From the NCBI GenBank assembly GCA_031271165.1, contig JAISWF010000125.1, positions 2,747-66,746 on the forward strand: 64,000 nucleotides of DNA, in the 5' to 3' direction. Made by a program: the position numbers and the translations under genes. Source of the stretch: Deltaproteobacteria bacterium (GTDB lineage: Bacteria > Desulfobacterota > Desulfarculia > Adiutricales > Adiutricaceae). Each line of letters starts with the position of its first letter. The first letter of the stretch is position 1. The notes below the pieces were generated by a model that was not told the DNA's origin, did not search any database, and saw nothing but the letters and a program-made list of their open reading frames with translations. Below are positions 39,701 to 49,170 of the stretch, piece after piece.

Positions 39701-41125
39701 ATGCCTGTATTGACCTATAATCAAGCTAAAGTATATGGCGGCTGCATACTTTTCATTATACTAATTTATATTTTAACAATAGTCACTACAGACCAAAGCC
39801 TAGAATTAAACTCTAGACTAGCTTTAGGCTTTGTTCAAGGCCATACTTATATTGCTGAAGTCCCTGAACTTGAACTTTTTTCTGATCCTTACGATCCGTC
39901 TGCCAATTATAAATTTAGAAAAGACAAAAAATATTTTTTTCACGATACTTCTTATTATAATGGAAAAATTTATCTTTATTATGGCCCTGTCCCAGCTTTA
40001 ACTTTTTTTCTTCCTTTCCAGGGTTTTGGCCTGTATCCACGAGACTGCACGGCTGTTTTAACTTTCGTGATCGGTGCTTTTTTATTTCAAGCTCTTTTGT
40101 TTCTCCGACTGACGGCCAGGGCTGACTGTGACGATTTAAACAGCCAAAACCCTGGTGCCTGGTTTTCGTTGATCGGCCTTTTTGTTCTGGGTTTAAATCC
40201 TTCGACCCTTGTACTGTTTAGAAAACCTCAGGTCTATGAGGTGGCTATGGCAGCCAGCCTGTTTTTTATTTCCGGGGCCCTCTGGTTTTTGACCATCCGT
40301 TGGTTATTCTCCAAAAATAATTGGCTGCTTTTTCTGACCAGTCTGTTTTTAATTCTGGGGGTGGGTTCCCGGATTACCGTAATAATTCCGTCGGCCATTT
40401 TCTTTTTGGCGGCTACCTATCTTTTGCTTAAGGAAAAAGCCAAAATAGGACCTTATCTTCTATTATTTTTACCTTTCGCTTTTGGTGGAATCTTATTATT
40501 ACTATATAACTATGCACGTTTTGATTCATTTTTTGAATTTGGTATTAATTATATCATATCTGACTTTCATCCTTTGAGAGTTGTAGCTGGGTTTCCCGAA
40601 GGTTCAAGATTATCAAATTTTTTTGTATTAATAAACGAGTATCTTTTTAATTTTGGAGAATTTACTTCATTTATTCCATTTTTCTATCCAACAAAAAATA
40701 TAACACCAAATCTCATTGTTTATGAAGTATCTATATTCGGAATTTTATCTTGTTTTCCTGTTAAGTGGTCATTAATACTGCTTCCTTATTTTTACAACTA
40801 TTGGAAAAAAATCGGACAAAAAATGCTATCTCATTTAAGTCTCATTTTAGTTGTTAGTGCCATACTGATACTTGGTGCTCTGGCAAAAGTTCCACTAGTT
40901 ACTCCCCGTTATGTTGTAAATATTAATTATTTTTTAACATTAGCTTCATTGTTGATCTGGGGGTCTTTACTTAGTCGGCTATGGTTTCAAAATGTCAATC
41001 AAAATTATTTTGACAAACAAAAATATATTATGCCATTGTTTGTAATATCATCATTGACTTCTATTTATTTTTCTCTCTGCAATTATTATTATGCGGCCAT
41101 ATTACTGTTCGTTGACAAAGGTTAA
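39701..41125 (+). CDS. Polytopic membrane protein, paralog A; putative GT-C-type (lipid-carrier-dependent) glycosyltransferase
   Basis: 474 aa with about 11-12 hydrophobic segments. The first extracytoplasmic loop is YDPSANYKFRKDKKYFFHDTSYYNGKIYLYYGPVPALTFFLPF. It is strongly similar to the next gene. The functional call is inference only. Confidence 0.55.
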   Translation: MPVLTYNQAKVYGGCILFIILIYILTIVTTDQSLELNSRLALGFVQGHTYIAEVPELELFSDPYDPSANYKFRKDKKYFFHDTSYYNGKIYLYYGPVPALTFFLPFQGFGLYPRDCTAVLTFVIGAFLFQALLFLRLTARADCDDLNSQNPGAWFSLIGLFVLGLNPSTLVLFRKPQVYEVAMAASLFFISGALWFLTIRWLFSKNNWLLFLTSLFLILGVGSRITVIIPSAIFFLAATYLLLKEKAKIGPYLLLFLPFAFGGILLLLYNYARFDSFFEFGINYIISDFHPLRVVAGFPEGSRLSNFFVLINEYLFNFGEFTSFIPFFYPTKNITPNLIVYEVSIFGILSCFPVKWSLILLPYFYNYWKKIGQKMLSHLSLILVVSAILILGALAKVPLVTPRYVVNINYFLTLASLLIWGSLLSRLWFQNVNQNYFDKQKYIMPLFVISSLTSIYFSLCNYYYAAILLFVDKG

Positions 41126-41187
41126 GCAATATTATTTTCTAAATATATTAACTTTTTTAATTGGTTACAACCAATGGATCCAAATAT

Positions 41188-42633
41188 ATGAATTTAAAAC
41201 CTAAACAAATTTTTCTTTATGCTTTATGCATCATATCAATATCAATGGTGTATATTTTAAGCAGCAGAAATGTTCAATATGGATACGAATTCTACGTACA
41301 GTTAACGAAGAGCTTTTTTAAAGGACATACATATCTGGCCTTAGCTCCAGGGTTAGAATCATTGCCAGATCCATATGATCCAGAAGCTAATCACGAATTT
41401 AGAAGGGGCAAAACATCTTATTTTCATGATTCTTCATATTATAATGGAAAGATATACATTTATTATGGCCCAACACCAGTTCTAACATTTTTTCTGCCTG
41501 CTTATTTCTTAAGTATACAGGTCTACGATCGCCATGCGGCTTTATTTTACCTGCTGGGGGCTTTTTTGTTTCAAGCCCTTTTATTTCTAAAGCTAACTGC
41601 CCGCCCCACTGACCTAAATTTGAACCAACCCGATCCAAGGACTTGGTTCACTCTGGCCGGCCTTTGGATTCTTGGCCTGACCTCGCCAGGGCTAACCATG
41701 CTGAAAAGACCTGATATCTATGAAGTGGCCATGACTTCCAGTCTTTTTTTCATCTCGGGAGCTTTGTATTTTCTGACATTGCGACTGTTTTTTGTGAAAA
41801 AAAATTGGCTTATCGTTTTGATCAGCCTGTTTTTAGTTCTGGGAGTCGGTTCCAGAATCACCGCTGTTATCCCGTCGGCCCTTTTCTTTCTTATTATTAT
41901 ATATATTTTATATAAAGAAAAAGCAACAATAAGACCATATATTTATTTATTTCTCCCATTTACCCTAGGCATGATTTCATATCTGCTTTATAACCATGCT
42001 CGTTTTGATTCTTTTTTTGAGTTTGGTATTAATTATATAATTTCAGAATTTACTCCTTCCTCTGTTGTAGCCGGATTTTCTGATGACATTAAAATAATTT
42101 ATTTTTTTAAAATTTTAAAGGTATATCTTTTTAATTTTTTCACTTTTAGTCATATTTTTCCATTTGTATCATTAAATATTGCGCCAATAGAAAATATAAT
42201 TGTGTATGAGATAGCTATACCAGGCCTTTTGAGTTGTTTTCCGGTTAAATGGTCTTTAATTTTATTGCCTTGGGTCTGTTGTTATTGGCGAAAAATTGGC
42301 CGCACCCGGCTGGCCCTTTTTACCCTGTTGTTGGTGCTAGGGGCCCTGCTCATTTTAGGGGCCTTAGCTCAGGTACCCATGATTTTTTATCATTATTTAC
42401 CCAATATTAGCCTATTTTTAACTTTAGCCGCCCTCCTGGTCTGGGGTTTTTTGCTTGGCCATTTATGGTACCAGGATTCAGACAGACCACATATTTGCAT
42501 AAAACACCATGCCTTACTCAAAAATACTTTTTATATTACTATCTTAATTTCTTTTTACTTCTCATACGTTGCTTATTTTTATGCTTTCTATGGTTGGTAC
42601 GTAAATGACCTATATCATAGAGGCATCGTTTAA
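41188..42633 (+). CDS. Polytopic membrane protein, paralog B; putative GT-C-type glycosyltransferase
   Basis: Shares long blocks with paralog A: YDPEANHEFRRGKTSYFHDSSYYNGKIYIYYGPTPVLTFFLP, LGVGSRIT, ARFDSFFEFGINYII and LSCFPVKWSLILLP. I prefer the ATG at 41188 (MNLKPKQ) over the TTG at 41161. Confidence 0.55.
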   Translation: MNLKPKQIFLYALCIISISMVYILSSRNVQYGYEFYVQLTKSFFKGHTYLALAPGLESLPDPYDPEANHEFRRGKTSYFHDSSYYNGKIYIYYGPTPVLTFFLPAYFLSIQVYDRHAALFYLLGAFLFQALLFLKLTARPTDLNLNQPDPRTWFTLAGLWILGLTSPGLTMLKRPDIYEVAMTSSLFFISGALYFLTLRLFFVKKNWLIVLISLFLVLGVGSRITAVIPSALFFLIIIYILYKEKATIRPYIYLFLPFTLGMISYLLYNHARFDSFFEFGINYIISEFTPSSVVAGFSDDIKIIYFFKILKVYLFNFFTFSHIFPFVSLNIAPIENIIVYEIAIPGLLSCFPVKWSLILLPWVCCYWRKIGRTRLALFTLLLVLGALLILGALAQVPMIFYHYLPNISLFLTLAALLVWGFLLGHLWYQDSDRPHICIKHHALLKNTFYITILISFYFSYVAYFYAFYGWYVNDLYHRGIV

Positions 42634-42814
42634 TTAAAATTAACTATTTATCTATTGCTTATGACCAAAATTATCAACTGCTGATTTTATCTGAATTTTG
42701 ACCATGATACCGGCTGTCGATCAATTACCTGCCGGCCTTCGATTTTAGGGATTGACCAGAAAAGTTCGGTACCTGCTGTTGTACTTAAGTATTTTATTTT
42801 AGGCTATACTTTAT

Positions 42815-43228
42815 ATGATTGCAAAAAAGGATTTAATTAGTAAATATCTAGAATCTACTGCCATAAAATTTATAATAGTTGGCTGCATATCGACATCATG
42901 TGATTTTATTGTTTATAGATCTTTATTGTATTTTTTTAGCTTCATCAATGTATCAAAAATTATTGGGTTATCTATTGGCATCACTGTTTCGTACATATTA
43001 AATAATTTTTGGGCTTTTCAAGTTAGAAAAGTTTCAAAACATTCTATTTTTTCTTTTTTGATTCTTTATATCTTTAGCAATGGTTTAAATGTCCTTGTCA
43101 ATAGAGTTGTTTTGTATTTTACCGGCCTGGACAAAAATATCTACATAATTTTGGCTTTTTGTCTGGCCGCTTTCGTGGCCGCCACTATTAATTACTTTGG
43201 ATTAAAATATTTCATTTTTAAAAAATAG
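42815..43228 (+). CDS. GtrA-like small membrane protein (putative lipid-linked sugar translocation component)
   Basis: 137 aa with 4 TM segments and GtrA-family features (KFIIVGCISTSCDFIVY ... NNFWAFQ ... YFGLKYFIFKK). Confidence 0.7.
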   Translation: MIAKKDLISKYLESTAIKFIIVGCISTSCDFIVYRSLLYFFSFINVSKIIGLSIGITVSYILNNFWAFQVRKVSKHSIFSFLILYIFSNGLNVLVNRVVLYFTGLDKNIYIILAFCLAAFVAATINYFGLKYFIFKK

Positions 43229-43240
43229 TGTTAATAATTT

Positions 43241-44278
43241 ATGCTAAAAAATCTGATACCTAAATTTTTAAACCAATTGACGGCCATGATTGGCTCCGAC
43301 CCCAGCCTGATCCAGGGTCCGGGCGGCAATATCTCCCTTAAAGACGGCGACCAGCTCATTATCAAAGCCTCGGGCACTTGGATGAGCCGGGCCATGACGG
43401 CTAACATCTTTTCGGTTGTTTCCCTCCATGAGGCCTTAAGGCGTTTTAAATTTGATGAGCCCGACTTGCCCCCGGACAATTTTGGTCTCAGACCTTCCAT
43501 TGAGACCACTCTCCACGCCCTGATGCCTAAGCCCCTGGTCCTGCACACCCACATGATCAGTTCCGTCATCTGGGGAGCCAGACCGCAGGCCGAGCAATTA
43601 ATAAATGAAAAATTATCCGGACTCAACTATAGCATACTCCCTTACCAAAGGCCGGGCCGGCCGCTTTCTTTGGCCGCCAGTAAACTGCTACAGGCTTCAG
43701 GTTCTCCGCCTGAGGTGATTATCCTAAAAAATCACGGCCTTCTTCTTGGAGCTGATAACGGGCCGGAGCTTATAAATTTACTAAACGATTGCCTTAAAAG
43801 GTTGGCAATTCCAATCCGGCCGTTTCTTCAACCTCGAACCGACTTACTTTTACCAACTAATGATCTTGACTGGGACATCCCCCTGGTTCCGCTTTTCCAT
43901 GCCCCAGCTCTCGACCCGGTGGCCCTGAAAGTGGCCCAAGGTCCGCCCCTGTATCCTGATCACGCCGTTTTTTTGGGCCCTCGGATGCTAATTTTAGAGC
44001 CCGGCGCCTCTCTGGCCTCGTCACTGGACGATTTCACCGCCCGTTTCGGCTTTTCCCCCAAAGTCGCCATCCAACCCCAGGCCGGAGTTCTGACTGCTCC
44101 TGACGCCTCTAGCGGCACTTTGGCCATGCTTGGGGCTCTGTCAATGGCTGGCCTGATGGCCCCGGAATCGGTCGCCTTAGAAGGTCTTTCTGACGATGAA
44201 TGTCGCCAACTGGCGCACCTTGATGCTGAGAAACACCGCTTATTAACCGATGCGGCTCAAACTGGAAATGAGCAATGA
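43241..44278 (+). CDS. Class II aldolase/adducin-fold protein (AraD/FucA/MtnB superfamily) with a C-terminal extension
   Basis: GPGGNISLKDGDQLIIKASG resembles the GN(I/V)S substrate loop, and the HTH metal-ligand-like motif (LVLHTHMISSV) is present. Its stop overlaps the next gene's start. Confidence 0.55.
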   Translation: MLKNLIPKFLNQLTAMIGSDPSLIQGPGGNISLKDGDQLIIKASGTWMSRAMTANIFSVVSLHEALRRFKFDEPDLPPDNFGLRPSIETTLHALMPKPLVLHTHMISSVIWGARPQAEQLINEKLSGLNYSILPYQRPGRPLSLAASKLLQASGSPPEVIILKNHGLLLGADNGPELINLLNDCLKRLAIPIRPFLQPRTDLLLPTNDLDWDIPLVPLFHAPALDPVALKVAQGPPLYPDHAVFLGPRMLILEPGASLASSLDDFTARFGFSPKVAIQPQAGVLTAPDASSGTLAMLGALSMAGLMAPESVALEGLSDDECRQLAHLDAEKHRLLTDAAQTGNEQ

Positions 44279-45828
44279 AAATTCAGGTCATAATCCCCAT
44301 GTCCGGTTTTGGCGAAAGATTTCGGACCGCCGGTTATACCGTGCCTAAACCTTTGATCGATGTCCTGGGGAAACCCATCATCGCCCACATCCTGGACATG
44401 TTTGAGGGTGAGACTGATTTTATATTTATCTGTAACCAAGAGCACCTTGACAACCCGGCCTACGCCCTGCGCTCGACTATTTCTCGCTACTGCCCTCAAG
44501 GCCGGATCGTGGGCATTGCCCCTCACAAACTGGGACCGGTTTACGCAGTGGCCCAAGCTTTTGATATAATTGACCCTTTAAGGCCAACCTTGGTCAACTA
44601 CTGCGATTTTTCCTGCCGTTGGGACTGGCCCGGTTTTAAAAATTATGTCCAGCAAACTGGCTGCCAGGGAGCCGTCGCCTGCTATAGGGGGTTTCATCCC
44701 CACATGTTGGGTTCTACCAATTACGCCTACGTCCAATGCCAAGGTGACCAAATCGTCAACATCCAGGAAAAGAAACCCTTTACTGATCAGCCGATGACCG
44801 AATATGCCTCCAGTGGCTCGTATTATTTCAGCAGCGGCGAGGTAATGACCCAAACCTTCCGAAAAACACTGGTCAGAAGCGAACTAACTGTCAACGGCGA
44901 GTATTACGTCAGCCTGGCCTATATTCCCATGCTTGAGGCCGGCCAAGATATCCGGGTTTTTGAACTGGAAAAATTTCGGCAGTGGGGGACCCCGCAAGAT
45001 CTGAGCGAGTATTTACACCATGCGGTTATCCACCGACCAGGGCGCCGGCCGCAGGTTCGGCCCCAACACAAGGGAACGGTTCTTTTGCCCATGGCCGGGT
45101 TGGGGATGCGTTTTGCCAAGGAGGGCTACTCAACCCCCAAACCTCTGATCGAAGTCGACGGTCAGCCGATGTTTCTAAGGGCCTTAAACGATTTACCCCA
45201 GGCCGACCGGACTGTTTTCGTGCTCCGTCGCGATATGCCAGGAGCACCTGAGGTTATAGCTCTGGCCGAAAAACAAAATGGAGCGGCCATCAAAATCCTG
45301 CCTGGCCCAACCGAAGGTCAAGCTGTGACCTGCCTGGAAGCTGAATCTCTAATCGATCCCGACCTGCCTCTGACCATCGGGGCTTGCGATAATGGCTATA
45401 TTTACGATGCCGCCCGATTTGAAACCCTGATGGCCGACCCCGAGGTCGATTTCCTGCTCTGGGCCCAACGGGCTTATCCCCAGGGCGCTCGCCACCCTGA
45501 AATGTACGGCTGGGCCCAGGCTGATAAAAATGGTAAATTACTAATAGTCAGCGTTAAAAAAAGTATTGGTAACCCGGCCACCGATCCGGTGGTAACGGGA
45601 GGGTTTACCTTCAAAAAGGCCTCTGACTTTTTTGCCGCCGCCCGCCGAATGATAGCCAAAGGCGAGGACGGCCGGGTTAACGGGGAATTTTACGTCGATC
45701 AATGTTGTAACGATGCCCTGGCTCTGGGGCTGGTTGGCCGGGTTTTTTTCATCGACTCCTACGTCTGCTGGGGGACCCCGGATGAGCTCAGGACTTATGA
45801 GTATTGGCGTGAGGACATGACCACATGA
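44275..45828 (+). CDS. Protein with two tandem sugar-phosphate nucleotidyltransferase-like (GT-A fold) domains
   Basis: Domain 1 has IIPMSGFGERFRTAGYTVPKPLI ... QWGTPQDLSEY. Domain 2 has LLPMAGLGMRFAKEGYSTPKPLI ... CWGTPDELRTY. Both match the G.G.R...PK and GTP..(L/Y) signatures of NTP-transferases. Confidence 0.7.
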   Translation: MKIQVIIPMSGFGERFRTAGYTVPKPLIDVLGKPIIAHILDMFEGETDFIFICNQEHLDNPAYALRSTISRYCPQGRIVGIAPHKLGPVYAVAQAFDIIDPLRPTLVNYCDFSCRWDWPGFKNYVQQTGCQGAVACYRGFHPHMLGSTNYAYVQCQGDQIVNIQEKKPFTDQPMTEYASSGSYYFSSGEVMTQTFRKTLVRSELTVNGEYYVSLAYIPMLEAGQDIRVFELEKFRQWGTPQDLSEYLHHAVIHRPGRRPQVRPQHKGTVLLPMAGLGMRFAKEGYSTPKPLIEVDGQPMFLRALNDLPQADRTVFVLRRDMPGAPEVIALAEKQNGAAIKILPGPTEGQAVTCLEAESLIDPDLPLTIGACDNGYIYDAARFETLMADPEVDFLLWAQRAYPQGARHPEMYGWAQADKNGKLLIVSVKKSIGNPATDPVVTGGFTFKKASDFFAAARRMIAKGEDGRVNGEFYVDQCCNDALALGLVGRVFFIDSYVCWGTPDELRTYEYWREDMTT

Positions 45829-46550
45829 TACAAACTCCAAAGCTCTCATTAGTGATCCCCTGTTATAACGAAGCTCCCAGCCTTCCAGGCCTGTTAAAAC
45901 GGCTCGACATGGCCGCCCTTTCTGATGCCCGAGTTGAGTTCGTCCTGGTCGACAACGGCTCTTCCGATTCTAGTGTTGAGGCCATCAAGTCAGCTGCTTG
46001 CCAAAGACCAAACCTGCTGACCGCCATCAGAATTGAGGGAAACCGTGGCTTCGGCTTCGGAGTACTCCAGGGACTGGCCGTTGCCAAAGGCGAATTTTTA
46101 GGCTGGAGCCACGCCGACCTTCAAACCGACCCATTGGATGCCTTAAGGGCTCTTGAAATCATTGATCAACACCCTGACCCGGAAAAACTCTATCTTAAAG
46201 GAACGCGCTGCGCCAGGCCAGCTTCCGACCTTGTTTTCACCTTGGGGATGAGTTTTTTCGAAACGCTCTTTTTTCAGAGTTTTTTATGGGACATCAACGC
46301 CCAGCCCAATATTTTTCACCGGTCCTTTTTTACCAGCTGGAAAAATCCCCCCCATGACTTTGCCCTTGAACTCTATGCCCTGGCCTTGGCCAGACGCTAC
46401 GAACTTAAGGTTATCCGTTTTCCGGTCCTCTTTGAAAACCGCCGTCACGGTATATCTCGCTGGAACGTCAACTGGCGAAGCAAAATCCGCTTCATCAAAC
46501 GAACCTTATCTTTCAGTATCAAACTGCGCCAGCGCTGGAGCTCGCTATGA
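45825..46550 (+). CDS. Family 2 glycosyltransferase (soluble, polyprenyl-phosphate sugar synthase-like)
   Basis: LSLVIPCYNEAPSLPGLL ... EFVLVDNGSSDSS ... GFGFGVLQG is the typical GT2 N-terminal half. ATGA overlaps occur on both sides. Confidence 0.8.
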   Translation: MIQTPKLSLVIPCYNEAPSLPGLLKRLDMAALSDARVEFVLVDNGSSDSSVEAIKSAACQRPNLLTAIRIEGNRGFGFGVLQGLAVAKGEFLGWSHADLQTDPLDALRALEIIDQHPDPEKLYLKGTRCARPASDLVFTLGMSFFETLFFQSFLWDINAQPNIFHRSFFTSWKNPPHDFALELYALALARRYELKVIRFPVLFENRRHGISRWNVNWRSKIRFIKRTLSFSIKLRQRWSSL

Positions 46551-47137
46551 CCCTGATAATAGCCCACCGTATAAATACCATTGAGGCGCTCAAAACAGTT
46601 CAGCCATGTTTTGGTGTAGAAATTGATATCCGAAGCCGAGGACTGGACCTGATCCTCCATCACGACCCATATGCCCAAGGGGAGTATTTCTCCTCATGGT
46701 TGGATCATTTCCACCATCGGACCCTTATTTTAAATGTCAAAGAAGAGGGCCTGGAGGAAAGAATCCTCAAGTTGATGAAACTTCATGAAATTTCTGATTT
46801 TTTCTTTCTCGATCAGTCCTTTCCTTTTCTACTCAAAACCGCCAGAACCGGCGAAAAACGCTGCGCAGTCAGGGTCTCTGAGTATGAGAGCCCAGATACG
46901 GCCTTGAACTTGGCCGGCCTGGTCGAGTGGATCTGGCTGGACTGTTTTACTCGCTTTCCGGTGACCGCCGTCGAGGCTCAAATCCTTAAAAAGGCCGGCT
47001 TCAAGCTCTGCCTGGTGTCACCGGAGCTTCAAGGACGCGATCCTAAAACCGAAATCCCCGCTCTCAGAAAGTTTTTGACTCAACAATCCATTACCATTGA
47101 AGCTGTCTGCACCAAATACCAGGGACTATGGAGTTAA
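46547..47137 (+). CDS. Small glycerophosphodiester phosphodiesterase-like (PLC-like TIM barrel) protein
   Basis: IIAHRINT ... GVEIDIR ... LILHHDP resembles the GDPD HR...E.D...HD catalytic pattern. At 196 aa it is short for the family. Confidence 0.5.
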   Translation: MTLIIAHRINTIEALKTVQPCFGVEIDIRSRGLDLILHHDPYAQGEYFSSWLDHFHHRTLILNVKEEGLEERILKLMKLHEISDFFFLDQSFPFLLKTARTGEKRCAVRVSEYESPDTALNLAGLVEWIWLDCFTRFPVTAVEAQILKKAGFKLCLVSPELQGRDPKTEIPALRKFLTQQSITIEAVCTKYQGLWS

Positions 47138-49170
47138 TTAAGCCATTTTTCCGACTAAGGTTGTTCTGGCTTGGAGCAGCGATACGCCTAGCGGCCTGTC
47201 TTTTGTTGGAACCTATGGCCCAAAAGGATTGGTTTGGCCCCTTTTTTGACAACTGGATGGCCAACCCCTCGTTTATACCCTGGAATGCGGCGGCTGGACT
47301 TGACGATAAGGTTTTTCCTTACGGTCCAGTCATGTTTCTTTCCATTTTACCCTTTTGCCTGCCAGGATATTTGCTCAAAGCATTTGGAGCTGATGCGGCC
47401 TTGACGGCCGTGCGGGGAGCCATCTTTTCAGCTGATTTGATTATATTGCTGCTTCTGGCCCACCTATTTCCCAGACAAGAAAAAAAATTACTAGCCTTTT
47501 ACTGGTTTTCCCCTCTGGTGCTGTTAGCCAATTACTGGGCCGGTCAGCTCGACGCCATCCCCACCGTCTGGCTGGTAGCCTCGTGCCTGGCCCTGCGGAA
47601 CTACCGCTTCCGTTCAGCGGCCGTTTTTTTGGCCGCCGCTTCAGCCGCTAAACTAAGCATTGCCGTGGTCTTCCCTTTCTTTTTGCTTTATTTGATTCGA
47701 AACCGCCGTTTTACCGGCTTAAGACTCGATTTTGTCCTGCCATTTTTGGCCGTCTTGGTGTTAGGGTTGGGGCTGCCCATTTTCGCCGAAAGTTACCGCC
47801 ACCTGGTCATGGGTACCCCGGAGATGTTTCGCCTCTTTGATCTGCATCTAAAACTTGGTGACATCCCCTTGTTTTTGACCCCGATAATCTTTGGCTGTAC
47901 GTTTTACGCCGTAGCCCAAGTCTCTCGGCTCTCTTTTGATCTGTTTTTCTCCTTGGTCGGCTGCGCTCTATTGTCAATTCTCTTAACCACCCGGACCCCT
48001 CCAGGCTGGTACATTTGGTTTGTCCCATTTTTAGTGGCTCACTTGGTCAGGGCTCGGCGCTCCCAGATGCTCCCAGCGGGTTTGTTTATTTTAACGGCCT
48101 CGATGTGCCAATACCTATTTTGGCCTTCTCCACTATGGCCGGGGATGGATGAATCTTTCACGCCGGAAACCTGGCTTAAGCCTCAATTTATTTCCTTAAG
48201 CTATACAGCAACCCTATTTGCCGGCATCATACTACTGGCCGACACCTTACGCCGAGACATCCTAAATAATAATATCTACCAAATAGGAAAAAAACCGGCC
48301 TCCATAGCCATAGCTGGCAACTCTGGAGCCGGGAAAGATCGCTGCGCCCGGCTGGTGGCTGATCTGTTAGGCGAAGACTCGGTAGTTCAGATAAGTGGCG
48401 ACGACTACCATAATTGGGATCGCTATGGCCTAATGTGGCAAAGTCTGACCCACCTGTCACCCCAAGCCAACCAACTCGGACGATTTGCCGCTGACGTGCT
48501 GTCGATCCTGGATCGAAAACGTATTTTGTGCCGAGTTTACGACCACCAGACCGGACGGTTCAGGCAGCCAGCTTCCCGCCGGGCCGGTGATTTTGTGCTG
48601 GTAAGCGGGCTCCACGCTTTGTATCAGGAAAAACTTAACGCCAAATTTGATTTAAAAATTTTTTTGGACCTTGACGAACGGCTCCGAGTTTTCTTCAAAT
48701 GCCGCCGTGACGTCCAGGAACGCGGCCATTCTCTTTATGACACTTTAGCCTCCATCGAAAAACGGCGGCCGGATGCGGCGCAATATATTGCGCCGCAAGC
48801 CCAGTTGGCCGATATTGTCTTTCGCCTCGAACCTTTGCCCAATAGTGATTTAAACGATTTCAACGTCATCCCCAAATTCCGTCTGACCGTATTGCTGCGC
48901 CGGGCTATGTACACCTACTCCCTGGTCAGACAACTTGTGGTAATGGGACACTTAAACACCCAATTAAGTGAGGGCGGGGAAATTTTTGAGCAGTCAATTT
49001 TAATTGAAGGCTTTTGTCTGCCCGGACAGGCCAAAATCATCGCCTCCCAACTGCTGCCGGGATTAGACGATATTCTGGCTCCCAAGCCCCAATGGAGGGA
49101 TGGTTTCGACGGAATTATCCAGCTGATAACCTTATGTCACCTTATGCAAAATTGTAAGGAACGACTCTGA
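47128..49170 (+). CDS. Fusion protein: N-terminal GT-C-like (PIG-M/GT87/DUF2029-like) membrane domain plus C-terminal PRK/uridine-kinase-like P-loop domain
   Basis: The N-terminal ~390 aa are polytopic, with DDKVFPYGPVMFL and FYWFSPLVLLANYWAGQLDAIP. The C-terminal part has P-loop IAIAGNSGAGKD, SGDDYH, FVLVSGLHAL and IFLDLDERLR, typical of the phosphoribulokinase/uridine kinase family. Confidence 0.65.
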   Translation: MELIKPFFRLRLFWLGAAIRLAACLLLEPMAQKDWFGPFFDNWMANPSFIPWNAAAGLDDKVFPYGPVMFLSILPFCLPGYLLKAFGADAALTAVRGAIFSADLIILLLLAHLFPRQEKKLLAFYWFSPLVLLANYWAGQLDAIPTVWLVASCLALRNYRFRSAAVFLAAASAAKLSIAVVFPFFLLYLIRNRRFTGLRLDFVLPFLAVLVLGLGLPIFAESYRHLVMGTPEMFRLFDLHLKLGDIPLFLTPIIFGCTFYAVAQVSRLSFDLFFSLVGCALLSILLTTRTPPGWYIWFVPFLVAHLVRARRSQMLPAGLFILTASMCQYLFWPSPLWPGMDESFTPETWLKPQFISLSYTATLFAGIILLADTLRRDILNNNIYQIGKKPASIAIAGNSGAGKDRCARLVADLLGEDSVVQISGDDYHNWDRYGLMWQSLTHLSPQANQLGRFAADVLSILDRKRILCRVYDHQTGRFRQPASRRAGDFVLVSGLHALYQEKLNAKFDLKIFLDLDERLRVFFKCRRDVQERGHSLYDTLASIEKRRPDAAQYIAPQAQLADIVFRLEPLPNSDLNDFNVIPKFRLTVLLRRAMYTYSLVRQLVVMGHLNTQLSEGGEIFEQSILIEGFCLPGQAKIIASQLLPGLDDILAPKPQWRDGFDGIIQLITLCHLMQNCKERL

